From a virus: a stretch of 36,672 nucleotides of DNA. The stretch is taken from the IMG/VR virus record IMGVR_UViG_3300045988_092103; one strand, written 5' to 3'. Each line of letters opens with the position of its first letter. Position 1 is the first letter of the stretch. Under the pieces are notes generated by a model. The model searched no databases and was not told the DNA's origin. It worked only from the letters and a program-made list of their open reading frames with translations. Positions 15,699-22,932 of the stretch are shown here, in pieces. A program made the translations under genes and the position numbers.

Positions 15699-15750
15699 AC
15701 TTTATAGGTTGTGGCAATTTGGTCAACCATTTTGCCACAACCTATAAAGT
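15699..15750. other. 52-bp near-perfect palindrome: candidate attP core and/or terminator between int and the lysin gene
   Basis: actttataggttgtggcaatttggt-CA-accattttgccacaacctataaagt has 23 of 25 symmetric positions around a central dinucleotide. The outer arms are 19 bp and perfect. A T-rich run follows on the plus strand. Confidence 0.4.
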
Positions 15751-15809
15751 TATTTCTTCTTATTTTAAGGGAATTATAAGTCCTCATGTTTGGCGCTGTC
15801 AACCGTGAT

Positions 15810-17000
15810 TTATTTCACCCGCAGTCTCTGACCAACATAGATCACATTCGGATTGCTGATTCCATTCAGCTGCGCAACCTTCTGGTAGGACGTGCCGTAT
15901 TTAGCTGCAATACCGGAAAGCGTATCTCCAGACTGGACAGTGTAATACTGTGCGGATGAAGCACCTGACTTACCGTTCACGATATTCTGAATCGTATTGT
16001 AGTCATATCCGGCAGCTGATAGACGATTCTTTCTGTCGTTTCCATTGCCCCATTTACCGGCAAGAACTTCCTGTGCGATCTGCTCATTTGATTTTCTGGC
16101 AAACGCAGCGTTGATCTTGTTCTGTACTTCCGTATACCGGCTGCCGAGAACAACCTTTCTTGTGTCACCGTTACCATATTTACCAGCTTTCACTTCGTTC
16201 ACCAGTGTATCTACGGATGTAGAATAGATATGGTCGATGAAGCTCTGCACTTCCGGATACCGTGTTCCGAGAGCGTTCTTGCGGTTGTCACCATCACCGT
16301 ACTTGCCCTGCATGACTCCAACAACCAGATCGAGCGTGGATCCGCCCGGAGTATTCACTGTCGGTTTCGGTGTTTCTGCCGGTTTGGTTGTGTTTCCTTT
16401 TCCGGCGTACTTGTTCCATGCATCCTTATCGCCGTAGAATTTATCCAGATCGAGATTACCGCCCCATCCATTCAATCTACCACAAGAGCTATACTGCCGG
16501 ATAACACAAGTATAAGCTCCCTCATTCCACGGTTTATCCTGATAGCCTGTAGCGTTCATGTCTGCGTACTGTGCAATCCAGAGTCCATAGTTTCCGATAT
16601 TGTTGAATTTATAGGCTACAGACTGCGAACAATATAAAAGAGGTCTTACGCCTGTTTTCTGGTATACATAGTCAAGCCAGCTCTTGCACCATGCAAAATC
16701 CGAGCTACCGAATGCCGGGTTGCTCTTCCCCTCCCAGTCAAGACAGAGAATTGCTTCGCCTACACGTTTTCCGATTCTATCAAGGAAGTAATCTGCTTCT
16801 TTCTGGTAATCTCCACCATTCGCATAATGGTAGATACCGAGACACTTTCCGGCGTTCTTAGCCTGTGCGTAAGCCCTTGTGAAATCTGGGTTCACGTAGC
16901 CTGTTCCCTCTGTTGCCTTTACGATCACAAAATCGCACGGGACCACACTGAGGTCAATTCCTGCCTGATAACTTGCAATATCAATTCCATTCATTGCCAT
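15810..17000 (-). CDS. Endolysin: GH25 muramidase + 3x CW_7 + LysM
   Basis: The ATG at 17000 is preceded by AAAGGAGA. The GH25 part reads [15 protein letters not shown]...VIVKATEG. Three GKYG(D/N)G(D/N)xRK repeats follow. The C-terminus [17 protein letters not shown]...[14 protein letters not shown] is LysM. Confidence 0.92.
   Translation of the reverse strand: MAMNGIDIASYQAGIDLSVVPCDFVIVKATEGTGYVNPDFTRAYAQAKNAGKCLGIYHYANGGDYQKEADYFLDRIGKRVGEAILCLDWEGKSNPAFGSSDFAWCKSWLDYVYQKTGVRPLLYCSQSVAYKFNNIGNYGLWIAQYADMNATGYQDKPWNEGAYTCVIRQYSSCGRLNGWGGNLDLDKFYGDKDAWNKYAGKGNTTKPAETPKPTVNTPGGSTLDLVVGVMQGKYGDGDNRKNALGTRYPEVQSFIDHIYSTSVDTLVNEVKAGKYGNGDTRKVVLGSRYTEVQNKINAAFARKSNEQIAQEVLAGKWGNGNDRKNRLSAAGYDYNTIQNIVNGKSGASSAQYYTVQSGDTLSGIAAKYGTSYQKVAQLNGISNPNVIYVGQRLRVK
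15975..16337 (-). repeat. Three tandem CW_7-type cell-wall-binding repeats (coding)
   Basis: The repeats are [48 protein letters not shown] and [24 protein letters not shown]. Confidence 0.8.
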
Positions 17001-17015
17001 AATGTTTCTCCTTTC

Positions 17016-17040
17016 AAAAAGAGGGCGACTATTCGCCCTC
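17016..17040 (-). terminator. Intrinsic terminator-like hairpin between holin and endolysin
   Basis: The minus strand reads GAGGGCGA-ATAG-TCGCCCTC followed by TTTTT. The holin TAG stop is in the loop, and the lysin SD follows directly. Confidence 0.6.
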
Positions 17041-17511
17041 TGAATCATTATCCACTTTCACCTGATCTTCTACCTGCGATCGGATGTGTTTCACAAGCGG
17101 CTGCATAAATGCCGGGATATTCACTCCCATGTCCTGAATATTTTCTAAAATACTGATAATCTCATTGCAGATCAGCCACATTGCCACGACACATGCCACC
17201 AGAAATGTGACTGGTGACTTCCAACCAATTGAAGTTGATGCATATAGAAGCATTTCATCAATAATCGCTCCCACAACTACCAGCAACCACATAGATACCT
17301 TTTTGAAAATTCCTCTGATACTTTTATAGGAATTGATATCCTGTGCTCTGTATTTGCTTGCCATAAGTCCGGTAGCATAATCAATCAGATTACATGCCAC
17401 CAGCAGGATCACCGGCACTGCAAGCACTCCAAGAAGCGCTGACAGGAAAGCAAATACTGCTGTAAAAATTGCTTTGATATAATTTGCCTGTTCCACTTTC
17501 ATATTCCTCAT
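17029..17511 (-). CDS. Holin (phage_holin_4 / TcdE-like)
   Basis: 160 aa with multiple TM helices ([51 protein letters not shown]). It lies directly upstream of the endolysin. Confidence 0.85.
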   Translation of the reverse strand: MRNMKVEQANYIKAIFTAVFAFLSALLGVLAVPVILLVACNLIDYATGLMASKYRAQDINSYKSIRGIFKKVSMWLLVVVGAIIDEMLLYASTSIGWKSPVTFLVACVVAMWLICNEIISILENIQDMGVNIPAFMQPLVKHIRSQVEDQVKVDNDSEGE

Positions 17512-17518
17512 TCTTTCT

Positions 17519-17680
17519 TTATGAATTTACCGGCTTTGCTGTTCCGGTATAAGATATCGGATAGTCGTAATGGTAATCATACGGATAATCAACCGTTTCC
17601 TGGATCTGTACAGAAATCGTAAATTTTTCCCCGGTCGCAACCGTATTTTTGCTTAATTTCACATCTGTAATTTTAAGCAT
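17519..17680 (-). CDS. Small ORF (53 aa), Ig-like beta-strand pattern
   Basis: Not in the track. It shows TAATG coupling and the SD GAGGTGG. The product is MLKITDVKLSKNTVATGEKFTISVQIQETVDYPYDYHYDYP. Confidence 0.5.
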   Translation of the reverse strand: MLKITDVKLSKNTVATGEKFTISVQIQETVDYPYDYHYDYPISYTGTAKPVNS

Positions 17681-17946
17681 TAAACCACCTCAACTTCTAT
17701 CCTTGCTTTCCTGATCGAATCCGCAACCGTATAAGTCACTTCCAATATATGTGTTCCTTTTTCTTTCGGAGCAATCTTGCAGTCAAGATAATGCTCATTG
17801 ATATCACACTCTCCTTGCACCACGATGTCTGTGTAACGTGCCAGCTCATAAGATGCTGTCAGAATCGTAAATGGCTCATCGTTAGGACTTCGCACCAATA
17901 GCTTAACGTGCTTGTCTTCGCCCAGGATAAATCTAATTTTGTTCAC
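17680..17946 (-). CDS. Hypothetical protein
   Basis: The GTG at 17946 is preceded by GGAAGGGGG. The track start is at 17964. The protein is beta-rich. Confidence 0.55.
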   Translation of the reverse strand: MNKIRFILGEDKHVKLLVRSPNDEPFTILTASYELARYTDIVVQGECDINEHYLDCKIAPKEKGTHILEVTYTVADSIRKARIEVEVV

Positions 17947-18316
17947 AACAACACCCCCTTCCATGTATCGGATAAATTACCTCCACAAAGAGCGGATCTG
18001 GCTCTGCGATAACTTGATACTGCTCCGGAACTGCCTCTACAGCATAGTCTTTCGGAATAACTGTAACCTTACAGTCTTCCGGAACAATTTCCACCATATA
18101 ATCAAGCGGAACAAGTCTTACGCATAGAGTAGCCGGATCAACAATCAACAGCATCTTCGTGCAGTATGCGATATTGCCTGCATCATTTTCTGCCGTCAGC
18201 TCCACCACATACATTCCATCTAAATCATAAGGGACCGTGACATTCCACAGGTCTCCTTCAGCTCTTTCGAATATTACTTCTTTTCCATCTATCTTACCGC
18301 TTACCTTTACTACCAT
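17933..18316 (-). CDS. Hypothetical structural protein with four tandem (V/I)Px(D/Q)(Y/C)xV repeats
   Basis: LVPLDYMVE / IVPEDCKVT / VIPKDYAVE / AVPEQYQVI, encoded at 18008..18118. Confidence 0.6.
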   Translation of the reverse strand: MVVKVSGKIDGKEVIFERAEGDLWNVTVPYDLDGMYVVELTAENDAGNIAYCTKMLLIVDPATLCVRLVPLDYMVEIVPEDCKVTVIPKDYAVEAVPEQYQVIAEPDPLFVEVIYPIHGRGCCCEQN

Positions 18317-18327
18317 AGGCGCACCGC

Positions 18328-19212
18328 CTAGTCGGTAATCTCGACTGCAATAATGAATGTCTTTCCGCAGTCTACTGGATTCGGAGTAAGAGTCACTGAC
18401 TTAATCACCGGAGCTGACGTATCGACAGTAACCTTACGTGTGACTGTAGTAGTCTTTCCGGCTTTGTCTTTAGCTACGATTGTGATGGTGTTTGCACCCT
18501 CAGCAAGAGTCACGTCCTTAGTAAATGTTCCGTCTGTTCCGACCGTTACAGTTGCTCCATTTACCGTTACTGTAACTGGCTTAGATGATACGTCATCTGT
18601 TTTACCACTTACCGTTACCGTCTTCTTGTTGGTTATAAGGCCATTTGATGGAGCCGTGATCTGCAGTGTCGGAGGCACTGTATCAACTGTAAATGTTGCT
18701 GTCTTAGCTGCAGCTGCATTACCATCGTTGTCGGATGCCTTGACCGAAATCGTATGTGCTCCATCTTTTAACGTCGGTGATGTGCATGTGCACTTATATC
18801 CACCGTCAATAGCAGTCTTTGTTACCGTCGATACAGCTGTACCATCAACTGTGACTGCGATTGTTCCTGCATTTACTCCGGAGTCTGTATCTTTTACCTG
18901 GAATTCGATAGTCGGAGTTGTATTTGTGATATAAGCTCCTGCAGACGGAGACGTGATCGTGATAGTCGGTGCTGTCTTTTCTTTTACACGGAGTTTAAGT
19001 GATGCGCCGAGAGTAGCATGACTCTGATCTACCGTGGTAGTATTGCCGGCCTCATCTGTAGCCTTTACTGTTCCGCCAAGAACATGATCCGGCTGATTAT
19101 AGCTCGACTTACTTGGAGCTGTAACCGTAGCTTCCCATTTCCCGGAGGTCGAATTATAGGTCAGATTGTATGCCTGACCATTAAATATATATTGAGCTGT
19201 TTTTACTGCCAT
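18328..19212 (-). CDS. Ig-like (Big-type) repeat protein, probable adhesin or fibre accessory
   Basis: 294 aa, T/V/G-rich with repeated beta-sandwich-like units: TITITSPSAGAYITNTTPTIEFQV, LQITAPSNGLITNKKTVTVSG and NTITIVAKDKAGKTTT. Confidence 0.7.
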   Translation of the reverse strand: MAVKTAQYIFNGQAYNLTYNSTSGKWEATVTAPSKSSYNQPDHVLGGTVKATDEAGNTTTVDQSHATLGASLKLRVKEKTAPTITITSPSAGAYITNTTPTIEFQVKDTDSGVNAGTIAVTVDGTAVSTVTKTAIDGGYKCTCTSPTLKDGAHTISVKASDNDGNAAAAKTATFTVDTVPPTLQITAPSNGLITNKKTVTVSGKTDDVSSKPVTVTVNGATVTVGTDGTFTKDVTLAEGANTITIVAKDKAGKTTTVTRKVTVDTSAPVIKSVTLTPNPVDCGKTFIIAVEITD

Positions 19213-19225
19213 CTACGCTTCACCT

Positions 19226-19366
19226 CTACTGCTTGTCTTCTGTTACCAGATCTTCTGCTCCGGAATCAATCAGGACCTCTTTTACCTTGTCCTTTAAAAG
19301 TCTTGGTACCTGTGAATAAGTTTTCTTTCCTAACATAATCTGCTGGGACCATAACATTGCCATCAT
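19226..19366 (-). CDS. Small XkdX-position protein (46 aa)
   Basis: ATGATGGCAATG is preceded by AGGAGGA. The motif GKKTYSQVPRLLKDKVKEVLIDSG resembles small proteins found before lysis cassettes in Firmicutes phages. The track ORF's N-terminal extension is hydrophobic and lacks an SD. Confidence 0.55.
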   Translation of the reverse strand: MMAMLWSQQIMLGKKTYSQVPRLLKDKVKEVLIDSGAEDLVTEDKQ

Positions 19367-19430
19367 TTCTTTTCCTCCTGAAATTTGTAATAATATGAAT
19401 AAAAATAAAATGGTTAATACAATTATCGTT

Positions 19431-19802
19431 TTACTGATATACCATTTCAGACATTTCCAAAATGCATCCTTTGAGCATTTCATTTTCCTCCTCCGCTTTT
19501 TTAAGTCGTGCCTCCAGAGCTGCTATCCGGCTGTCCGGATCTTCTCCTTCCCGGTACATTAACACACCAAGAATGCCTGCCGTGTACTTCACGATTGCAT
19601 CGAGCTTTGTGTAGTTTTCATACACAACGGTATCTGCATCCCGTTCGCTCACAGACATTCTCTTAGTTGTTGTCTGATCAGAGAATAAAGTCTTCAGCTG
19701 CTCCTCGGATGCTGAAATGGTCTTGATCAGAAGTGCGCCATCCGTCTGCTCAGTGACCTGCTGGATCTGCAGTTCCTGACCATCATTGAATGTGATTTTC
19801 AT
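19431..19802 (-). CDS. Hypothetical protein with a C-terminal coiled coil
   Basis: The ATG at 19802 is preceded by AAAGGGG. The track's longer form (to 19904) runs across shufflon site D and is rejected. Confidence 0.6.
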   Translation of the reverse strand: MKITFNDGQELQIQQVTEQTDGALLIKTISASEEQLKTLFSDQTTTKRMSVSERDADTVVYENYTKLDAIVKYTAGILGVLMYREGEDPDSRIAALEARLKKAEEENEMLKGCILEMSEMVYQ

Positions 19803-19838
19803 TTTTCTGTTTGCCCCTTTCTTCTTTTTAGAGGGATT

Positions 19839-19857
19839 CTGAACTAAATAGCAATTT
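19839..19857 (+). repeat. Shufflon crossover core D
   Basis: ctgaactaaatagcaattt has 2 mismatches to core B. A 29-bp match to site C (19831-19859 against rc of 20589-20617) has 1 mismatch. Confidence 0.8.
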
Positions 19858-20251
19858 ATTAAATGTAAAAGCAGATTTGACAAAAGCAAATAATAATATT
19901 GCAATCATAAACAGTAATCTGATTTCAATCGTAGAACGTGGAACCAAAAATAACTACAATTACACAAAATATTCCAACGGCGACATGGTTATGTGGAGTA
20001 AATATACTTGGAATACCAATCTTGCAACCAGTTGGTATAACTGGTATTTTGCTTCTAGTGCTGCGGTTGGTTTTCCAGTAGCATTCAAACAAGCGCCTTT
20101 AATTATAGTATCTCCGGCAAAGACTAACGAACTGTATGGTCTTGGAGTTACCGAAGTGACTACAACCGGGTACAAGCTTACAGCATACAGTCCAAAGCAA
20201 GGAATGTGTTATGTACAAGCTGATACGCTTATAATCGGAAAATGGAAATAA
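19858..20251 (+). other. Silent tail-fibre C-terminal cassette D (130 codons after the shared Leu)
   Basis: The frame is open from the core onward. A TAG lies two codons upstream of the DSELNSNL stretch, and there is no SD. The pattern VGFPVAFKQAPLIIVSP...TTTGYKLTAY...LIIGKW looks like a fibre-tip domain. Confidence 0.75.
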
Positions 20252-20253
20252 TT

Positions 20254-20590
20254 CTAATATGTTCCGATTGCAATATAGTCCATATAAAAAGCTTTATTTG
20301 TATATGCTGCAAAATATCCTAATCGAAGTTGGGAGATTCCATTCAAGGTTGTGGTTTTTCCAAGAATCATAACCCAATCGTCACTATTTTGAGTTATTGT
20401 ACAACCTCTTAAAAATTTAAACGGTTTTGGAAATGTTGATTGTTCTATTTTGGTACTTACACCCGTATATCCAGTGCCATTTTTTTGCAATGAGGCATAT
20501 ACGTGAATTGTTCCGGCACATATTTGAATCCTATTTTTAGGGAATCGTATACAAATGCTTTTTGTGGATGAATCTATATAAGTTTCATAT
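20254..20590 (-). other. Silent tail-fibre C-terminal cassette C (111 codons)
   Basis: It is in frame behind core C (DSELSSNL). No credible SD exists for the track's M at 20667. Confidence 0.75.
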
Positions 20591-20609
20591 AAATTGCTAC
20601 TTAGTTCAG
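20591..20609 (-). repeat. Shufflon crossover core C
   Basis: The plus strand reads aaattgctacttagttcag, 1 mismatch to core A and in the same orientation as A. Confidence 0.8.
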
Positions 20610-20705
20610 AATCCCTCCTTTTACTGGTTGATAAAGTTACATATATAAAAGCGCATAACAAAAACACCCGACCAATGCCGAGTGTAAATAAATAAGTTTA
20701 TTTAC

Positions 20706-21695
20706 TTATGCGCTTAAATATTTAAAGTGATGATACCGTACACCTTCCTGATTCACTGTACAATATCGCATGGTTGTCTCTGACTTTGCGTGTCCAGCAA
20801 ATATCATAGCCTCCTGCAGAGGCATTCCGCGGTTCAGTGCATTTGTCAGAGCTGTTCTCCGGAATCGATGCGGATACGCATTTTCTACGCCCGCCTTCTC
20901 TCCAATCCGCCGGATGATATCCTCAATTCCTGTTTTCGTCAGCCGGCTATTCGGTTTCTTGCTTCCGACAAATAGCGCCGGATCATTGTCTTTTCTGCTT
21001 TCCAGATATTCTTTCAAATACATGTTGGTTCGTTCATTAATGTACACCGTCCTTTCTTTCGCTCCTTTTCCATATACAATCAGCTCTTTATTCGCATACC
21101 GGATATCTTCCCTGTTAATCTCTGAAAGCTCCGATACTCTGACTGCTGTGCTATATAGGAATTCTAGTAACGCTTTATCCCGAAGACTGCTGCATTTACG
21201 CAGCATCCGCTCCCGTTCTTCATCAGTATATGGTTTCCGGATCTTCTTTTCTACTTTGATAGATTCCACCAGCACCATCGGATTTCTCCGAATCCGGTCA
21301 CGATCTCGCAGCCATCCGAAGAAGCTGCTATACACTGTCCGGACATTCTTTAGTGTCTGGTTTGCTACCTTGCGGATCATTTTATAAGCCCGCATGAATC
21401 CAGAGATATCTCCAGAATCTATGTTCTTCACTGGCTTATTGATATAGGTCAGTAACCGAACCAGTTCATACCGATATTGCTTCACTGTCTTTGATGCTTT
21501 TCCTTCCAGTGCTTTACTCATCAGAAACTCTTCCAGATCCACTTCCCAGCTCCTGTCTACAACCTGCAGGTCCGTTTCCTGGATTACTCTGCACCCGGTA
21601 AATGTCATCTGTAGCACTTCTTTTAGCTCCCGCAGCTGTACTTCATCAAGAATCAGCTGCATTCTTCGCAATACATCCATTATTTTTGCTTCCAT
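20706..21695 (-). CDS. Tyrosine site-specific recombinase (XerC/D / Rci-like), putative shufflon invertase
   Basis: The SD is AAGGAG. Catalytic signature elements are AVRVSEL (Arg), GKGAKER (Lys), HRFRRT (His-x-x-Arg), AGHAKSETT (His) and MRYC (Tyr). There is an N-terminal SAM-like domain. Confidence 0.9.
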   Translation of the reverse strand: MEAKIMDVLRRMQLILDEVQLRELKEVLQMTFTGCRVIQETDLQVVDRSWEVDLEEFLMSKALEGKASKTVKQYRYELVRLLTYINKPVKNIDSGDISGFMRAYKMIRKVANQTLKNVRTVYSSFFGWLRDRDRIRRNPMVLVESIKVEKKIRKPYTDEERERMLRKCSSLRDKALLEFLYSTAVRVSELSEINREDIRYANKELIVYGKGAKERTVYINERTNMYLKEYLESRKDNDPALFVGSKKPNSRLTKTGIEDIIRRIGEKAGVENAYPHRFRRTALTNALNRGMPLQEAMIFAGHAKSETTMRYCTVNQEGVRYHHFKYLSA

Positions 21696-21735
21696 ACGTT
21701 GCTCCTTTTTTGCTTTCAGTATAGCAACTGGCGTA

Positions 21736-21754
21736 CTGAATTAAGTAGCAATTT
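21736..21754 (+). repeat. Shufflon crossover core B
   Basis: ctgaattaagtagcaattt is the exact reverse complement of 22430-22448. Confidence 0.85.
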
Positions 21755-22097
21755 GAAAACGGCAACTGCTGATTCTGGTTGGAAATATATGACTAATGCA
21801 AATAATCTTTCAGAAAAGCTAAAATTCCGCAAAATAGGTCACATGGTATTTGTTGCTGGATCGATAAGATTTTCAGATAATGGAAAATTTGCAAACGATC
21901 AGGCTCTCGGCAGTGTCCCGTCAGGAATGACACCAAATGGTTATGACGAATTCGAGTGTCTTATTCCGATAGCTATGCATAATGGTGGACCTGCTGGAAC
22001 ACAAGCACGTATATACATAAAAAATGGTGGAGTATATATCGTCGGTACAGATAGTGCCTCATTCGTAATGATTGCAACAACGGCTTATTTTAGCTAA
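21755..22097 (+). other. Silent tail-fibre C-terminal cassette B (113 codons)
   Basis: It is in frame behind core B (TELSSNL). The track start is a TTG abutting the recombinase start, with no SD. Confidence 0.75.
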
Positions 22098-22932
22098 CTG
22101 GTATAAAAATAGCTCTTGTCGCAAAAAGAGTCCATGTGCCTCCATTTTTGTACGAAGTAATATGAAGCTTATCGCCTTTGCTACAATTTCCTGCAAAAGT
22201 AGAAACTAATTTGTAATAGTTTCCGTTATTTCCCATATTTACATTGTTTAATGCACAAGCGATTTCCTGTTTATAGCTTTCACTGCTGATATTGGAGGAA
22301 ACTATAACGATGAAAGCATATGTAATGCCAGCTTTCAAAAAGCTATTGGTATCCAAATTTGCTGTTCCTTGCTCCGTTGAATCAATGAATATTGGTTTCC
22401 TGTTCTCTAAAACAGTGTTAGTTTTGGTTAAATTGCTACTTAATTCAGCAATCGAATCCTGTGTCGCAAACAGCTGCTTCACTTCTGTAATATTAAGTCC
22501 ATTAAGAGTTACCTGATACAACGGCATGTCCGCAATCAAATCCCCTGCTTGGATATCTCCTGTAGTATATCCCGGTACTGCCGGACCGCTTTCTTTTGGC
22601 GTTCCTTGAATTACTTTCAACACAAGTGATTCTTCTTTTGTGTTCTGATCCCTGCTGTATCGTGCCACGATAAGGTCTACTCTCTTCATTCCCTGTGACC
22701 CATTTGCAATCGTTAGTGAATCATATGTATTCTTTTTGATTGATGCAGCACACCCTTGATGCATGATAACTCCATCACGTACCTTGATTTCATTATTTGA
22801 CGACACTTCAGCCTTTAACCGTGATCCAGTTCGCAAAACATATGATTCTGCTCCAAAAATTCCAATATTCACATCTCTGTCCTGTTCAGCAGTAACATGT
22901 GGACTTCCTGTATATCCTGTGATGATATCCAT
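22090..22932 (-). CDS. Tail fibre / receptor-binding protein; constant N-terminus (22449..22932) plus the currently expressed cassette A (22090..22429)
   Basis: It follows the Tal gene with an ATGA-type junction. Core A encodes AELSSNL at aa 162-168, followed by 112 aa. Confidence 0.8.
   Translation of the reverse strand: MDIITGYTGSPHVTAEQDRDVNIGIFGAESYVLRTGSRLKAEVSSNNEIKVRDGVIMHQGCAASIKKNTYDSLTIANGSQGMKRVDLIVARYSRDQNTKEESLVLKVIQGTPKESGPAVPGYTTGDIQAGDLIADMPLYQVTLNGLNITEVKQLFATQDSIAELSSNLTKTNTVLENRKPIFIDSTEQGTANLDTNSFLKAGITYAFIVIVSSNISSESYKQEIACALNNVNMGNNGNYYKLVSTFAGNCSKGDKLHITSYKNGGTWTLFATRAIFIPVS
22430..22448 (-). repeat. Shufflon crossover core A (inside the expressed fibre gene)
   Basis: The plus strand reads aaattgctacttaattcag, i.e. 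minus-strand CTGAATTAAGTAGCAATTT. Confidence 0.85.

Noticed and set aside
18353-18934. 193-aa plus-strand ORF. The same applies to 20770..21387, 24680..25087, 25691..26008, 29124..29528, 1064..1567 and 1739..2230.
   Set aside because: These are antisense shadow ORFs inside well-supported minus-strand genes. They are low-complexity or hydrophobic and have no SD.
19431-19904. Long form (157 aa) of the post-fibre ORF
   Set aside because: The extension crosses shufflon site D, is hydrophobic nonsense-like, and lacks an SD. The internal ATG at 19802 has AAAGGGG upstream.
19877-20251. Track ORF (124 aa, plus strand) as an independent gene
   Set aside because: It starts at a TTG with no SD. The frame is open further upstream through the shufflon core, back to a TAG. 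It fits better as silent fibre cassette D.
20254-20667. Track ORF (137 aa, minus strand) as an independent gene
   Set aside because: The N-terminal 19 residues are a hydrophobic read-through with no SD. The ELSSNL core is in frame, so it is interpreted as silent cassette C.
21699-22097. Track ORF (132 aa, plus strand) as an independent gene
   Set aside because: Its TTG start abuts the recombinase start codon region and has no SD. The core is in frame, so it is interpreted as silent cassette B.
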